64,000 nucleotides of DNA from Eledone cirrhosa (lineage: Eukaryota), in NCBI GenBank assembly GCA_964016885.1, contig OZ024744.1, positions 54,684,001 through 54,748,000 of the forward strand, written 5' to 3'. Shown piece after piece: positions 61,680 through 64,000 of this stretch (position 1 is the first letter of the stretch; each line of letters begins with the position of its first letter). The notes beneath the pieces are model-generated. The model ran no database searches and was not told the DNA's origin. It saw only the letters and a list, made by a program, of their open reading frames with translations. Position numbers and translations under genes: made by a program.

Positions 61680-64000
61680 TAATCTGGACACTCAGTGACA
61701 ATGCCAAAGATAAAGACAAAGTCACCTCATGCTGCCGGACGAGAATGCAAGGACTCTTCCTCTTTATTTCGGCCGCGGATGGCTAATATAACCCCCCCCC
61801 CCCCCCCCCCCCCCCTGCGCCCCACCGTTCCCACCCTCCAAACGCAATCCAAAACTTCAGAGTTGGTACCATGAATGTAGGCACCTTAAAAGGTCGCTCT
61901 AACGAGGTTGTAGAAATGCTTGAACGTAAGGAGGTCGATGTTTGCTGTATTCAAGAGACCAGGTGGAGGGGTGGGTCTGCTAGATTCATTGTGGGTAAAG
62001 AACGATGCTATAAGCTTTTCTGTGTGGGAAATGACAATGGGCTGGGTGGTGTAGGAATCATGGTAGCAGAAAAGTGGGCAGATAAGATAATAGACGTAAA
62101 TAGAGTGAACGACAGAATAATTAAAATAAGACTTGTCCTCAATAGAACTACGGTGACAGTAATATCTGCATATGCACCCCAACCCGGACTGCCTGGCATT
62201 GTAAAAGACAGATTCTATGAGACGTTAATGCTCACTACCTCCCAAATAACCGACAGTGCCTACATAATTATTGCTGGTGACCTAAATGGTCACATTGGAC
62301 AACATTGTGATGGCTATGACGGAATCCATGGAGGCTATGGGTTTGGTACTAGAAATGAGGAAGGCTTCAGAATCCTGGAATTCTGTGACGCAAATAATCT
62401 AACTATCTGTAACACTAACTTAAAAAAACGAGACAATCACTTGATCACCTATAGATCAGGGGAACACACCAGCCAGGTAGATTATATCCTTATCAGAAGA
62501 GGTGACAGAGTGTCTGTTGTAAACACTAAATCCCTCCCCCATGAAGAATGCACCTCTCAACATAGACTCATAACTAGCGACATCATAGTCAGGACGAGAC
62601 GTACTCGATAACAGAAGAGGACTATCCTCAGGAGAAAAATATGGAAGCTAAAGGACCCCACAGCCAGTAATAAATTTCAAAGCATATTACTTGATCCTTT
62701 TGATAGTAAGGAAGAGCAATTAGAGTCGTACAATATAGAGGAACAGTGGGAATTCCTGAGAGCTGAAGGCGACAGATGAAACCTGTGGCTGGAGCAGACC
62801 TATAGGCAGGAGGAGAGTAACTTGGTGGTGGAACAGTAAGGTGGAGAGGTCAATCAAGGCCAAAAAGCAGGCTTGGATGGGGGGAAGTAGAGAAGACTAT
62901 CAAGTGGCTAGAAGGGAAGCTAGGAGACAAGTGTACTTCGCAAGAAGGGAAGCAGAGGAAAGAAAGTTCAAGCATGTTCTACAACGGCGAGGACCAAAAA
63001 CGTGAGGTGTTCAGGATTGCTAGGCAATGTGTCAAGGAAAACCATGATATTGTCAGGGAGAAGAGTGTCCTTAATGATGATGGTGTACTTGCCATCACTG
63101 ACGCTGATAAGAAGGTAGCTTGGAAGTGTCACTACGAAAGGCTACTAAATGAGGAGAATAAATTGGGAGAAAGAGAGTCTCCTCCACATCGATCCAATAG
63201 AGGGACCAGCAGTGCAAGTTGAAGGTAGTATAATAAGTAAGACGATCAAAGACATGAAGACAGGCAAAGCGGCTGGGCCTTCAGAAATAGTTGCTGAAAT
63301 GCTGAAAGCATCTGGAACGGTGGGACACACTATGGTCACCCGGATAGTAAACCAAGTCATACAGAATGGAGTCATTCTGAAGAACTGGCGCAGCAGCATC
63401 ATCATTAATTGCTACAAGGCTAAAGGAAGGAGATGCCCTAGATAGGGGAAACTATAGAGGCATTAAATTAATTGACCAGGTCATGAAGGTCACAGAAAAA
63501 GTAATAGCGCAACTAATCAGAGAGCGAATTGATCTAGATGAAATGCAGTTCGGGTTTGTGTCAAGTAAAAGTACCACAGATGTTCTTTTCCTTGTACGAC
63601 AACTACAGGAGAAGTACCTAGCTAAAAGTAAACCCCTATACTTAGCTTTCGTTGACTTGGAGAAAGCCTTCGACAGAGTACCCTGCTCGATTATCTGGTG
63701 GGCCCTTAGAAAACTAGGTGTTGATGAATGGCTTATGAGAGCTATACAAGCCATGTATAAAGAAACAGTCAGCAAGGTTAGAATTAACAACGAATATAGT
63801 GAAGTGTTTAGCGTAAAAGTTGGTGTTCATCAGGGCTCCATCCTTAGCCCCCTCCTATTTATTATTGCCCTTCAGGCTATAACAGAGGAGTTCAAGACCG
63901 GCTGCCCATGGGAACTTCTATACGCAGATGATCTAAATGGCTGAACCAATGGCTGAACTAGAGAAGAAATTCCAAACATGGAAGCATGGCCTAGAATCAA
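61680..64000 (+). mobile_element. RTE LINE 5' part (APE endonuclease + RT), frameshifted, runs off the window
   Basis: MNVGTL, CIQETRW, SAYAPQ, AGDLNGH, SQVDYIL, SQHRL; then DLEKAFD, GVHQGSILSP, YADD. Confidence 0.92.

Overview
AT-rich, repeat-saturated eukaryotic genomic DNA with no convincing host protein-coding exon. The landscape of (TA)n/(CA)n/(TATG)n microsatellites, RTE LINEs with (GAT)n tails and tRNA-derived SINEs resembles an octopod cephalopod genome (inference only). Recognisable content: a frameshifted Penelope-like element (PLE), several RTE LINEs with a PHD-like finger inside the RT, a Tx1/L1-clade LINE, R4/Dong-like and CRE-like restriction-like-endonuclease (REL) LINE relics, two Helitrons, MITEs and SINEs. 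Most long ORFs in the supplied track are microsatellite translations. The main hidden signal is about 18 type-I hammerhead ribozyme (HHR) motifs, read by eye, from 10 or more dissimilar sequence families. They share the layout stem I-CUGANGA-stem II-GAAA-palindromic stem III-UH-stem I'. Most lie in short non-coding fold-back or tandem elements embedded in (TA)n, and some adjoin Naiad-type PLE coding relics. This points to a diverse population of PLE-derived, retrozyme-like self-cleaving elements. No folding or database search was run, so all structures and family names need computational confirmation.
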